Shown piece by piece: positions 63,564 through 64,000 of a stretch of DNA of 64,000 bases. Below the pieces are notes generated by a model, which saw only the letters and a list, made by a program, of their open reading frames with translations, did not search any database and had not been told where the DNA came from. The stretch comes from Felis catus. Taxonomy: Eukaryota. The translations under genes were made by a program, and so were the position numbers. Each line of letters opens with the position of its first letter. Positions within the stretch are counted from its first letter, which is position 1. The stretch covers positions 195,116,001 to 195,180,000 of the forward strand of contig NC_058368.1 of assembly GCF_018350175.1 (NCBI RefSeq). Reading direction: 5' to 3'.

Positions 63564-64000
63564 AAGAAGTCAGCAGCCTTTTCCTTTGGCTCACCTGTGT
63601 GCAGCCCCAGGGACATTGAACTTCTAGCACCTGCATTTGGCCCTCCTCTGCTGCCCAGTGCCCCAAATTGCTGCCCTCTCTCCCCAGCCTCCTTTTCCCC
63701 GCTCCAGTCGGCATTCTACTCCCTAGGCCTTGAGAGCCACACCACTGTGATGCTCTGCCACTCACTGGCTGTGGGATGTCAGAGAGCCATTCAAGCACTC
63801 AGCTTCCCCGTGTGTAAAGTGGAAATAACATCATTATCTGCAGAGGGGGCTGCTGTGAGCGGGACCATACGCGCAGAGGGCTTAGCATGGTTCGGGCACA
63901 CAGCAGGCTCTCCATACCTGCGAGCCATTCTTGCAATTATTGTCGTTGTTTCTTTAAAAGCTAAGAAGAGCCAGACTCTGGGCGGAAAACACCTAACTCT

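Noticed and set aside
36500..64000. A second gene (e.g. FAT2 exons) or processed pseudogene downstream
   Set aside because: No cadherin-like or other recognisable coding exons in any frame

Overview
Mammalian genomic DNA from a carnivore, almost certainly a felid (many SINEC_Fc/CAN-type tRNA SINEs and cat-type L1 3' ends). It contains one complete protein-coding gene on the + strand: SPARC (osteonectin/BM-40). The gene has a TATA-less GGA-box promoter at ~12.5 kb, non-coding exon 1 ending at 12677, nine coding exons (23237-35268; 912 nt = 303 aa + stop, all GT-AG introns in consistent phase), a 3'UTR with two miR-29 seed sites, and AATAAA at 36406. The rest is intronic or intergenic and repeat-rich (SINEs, L1, L2, MIR, MLT1/MER21 LTRs, hAT and Tigger-like DNA transposons, microsatellites). 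I found no second gene and no clearly new biological system. The best leads are regulatory or structural: convergent CTCF motifs bracketing the gene, a triple GCCACGTC (CREB3/XBP1-type) cluster upstream, an inverted duplication in intron 1, tandem splice acceptors at exons 3 and 10, inverted SINEs flanking exons 2-6, a 286-bp templated duplication, and two L1 fragments sharing almost the same 5' start. Repeat family names are from recognition, not from a database search; repeat boundaries are approximate.
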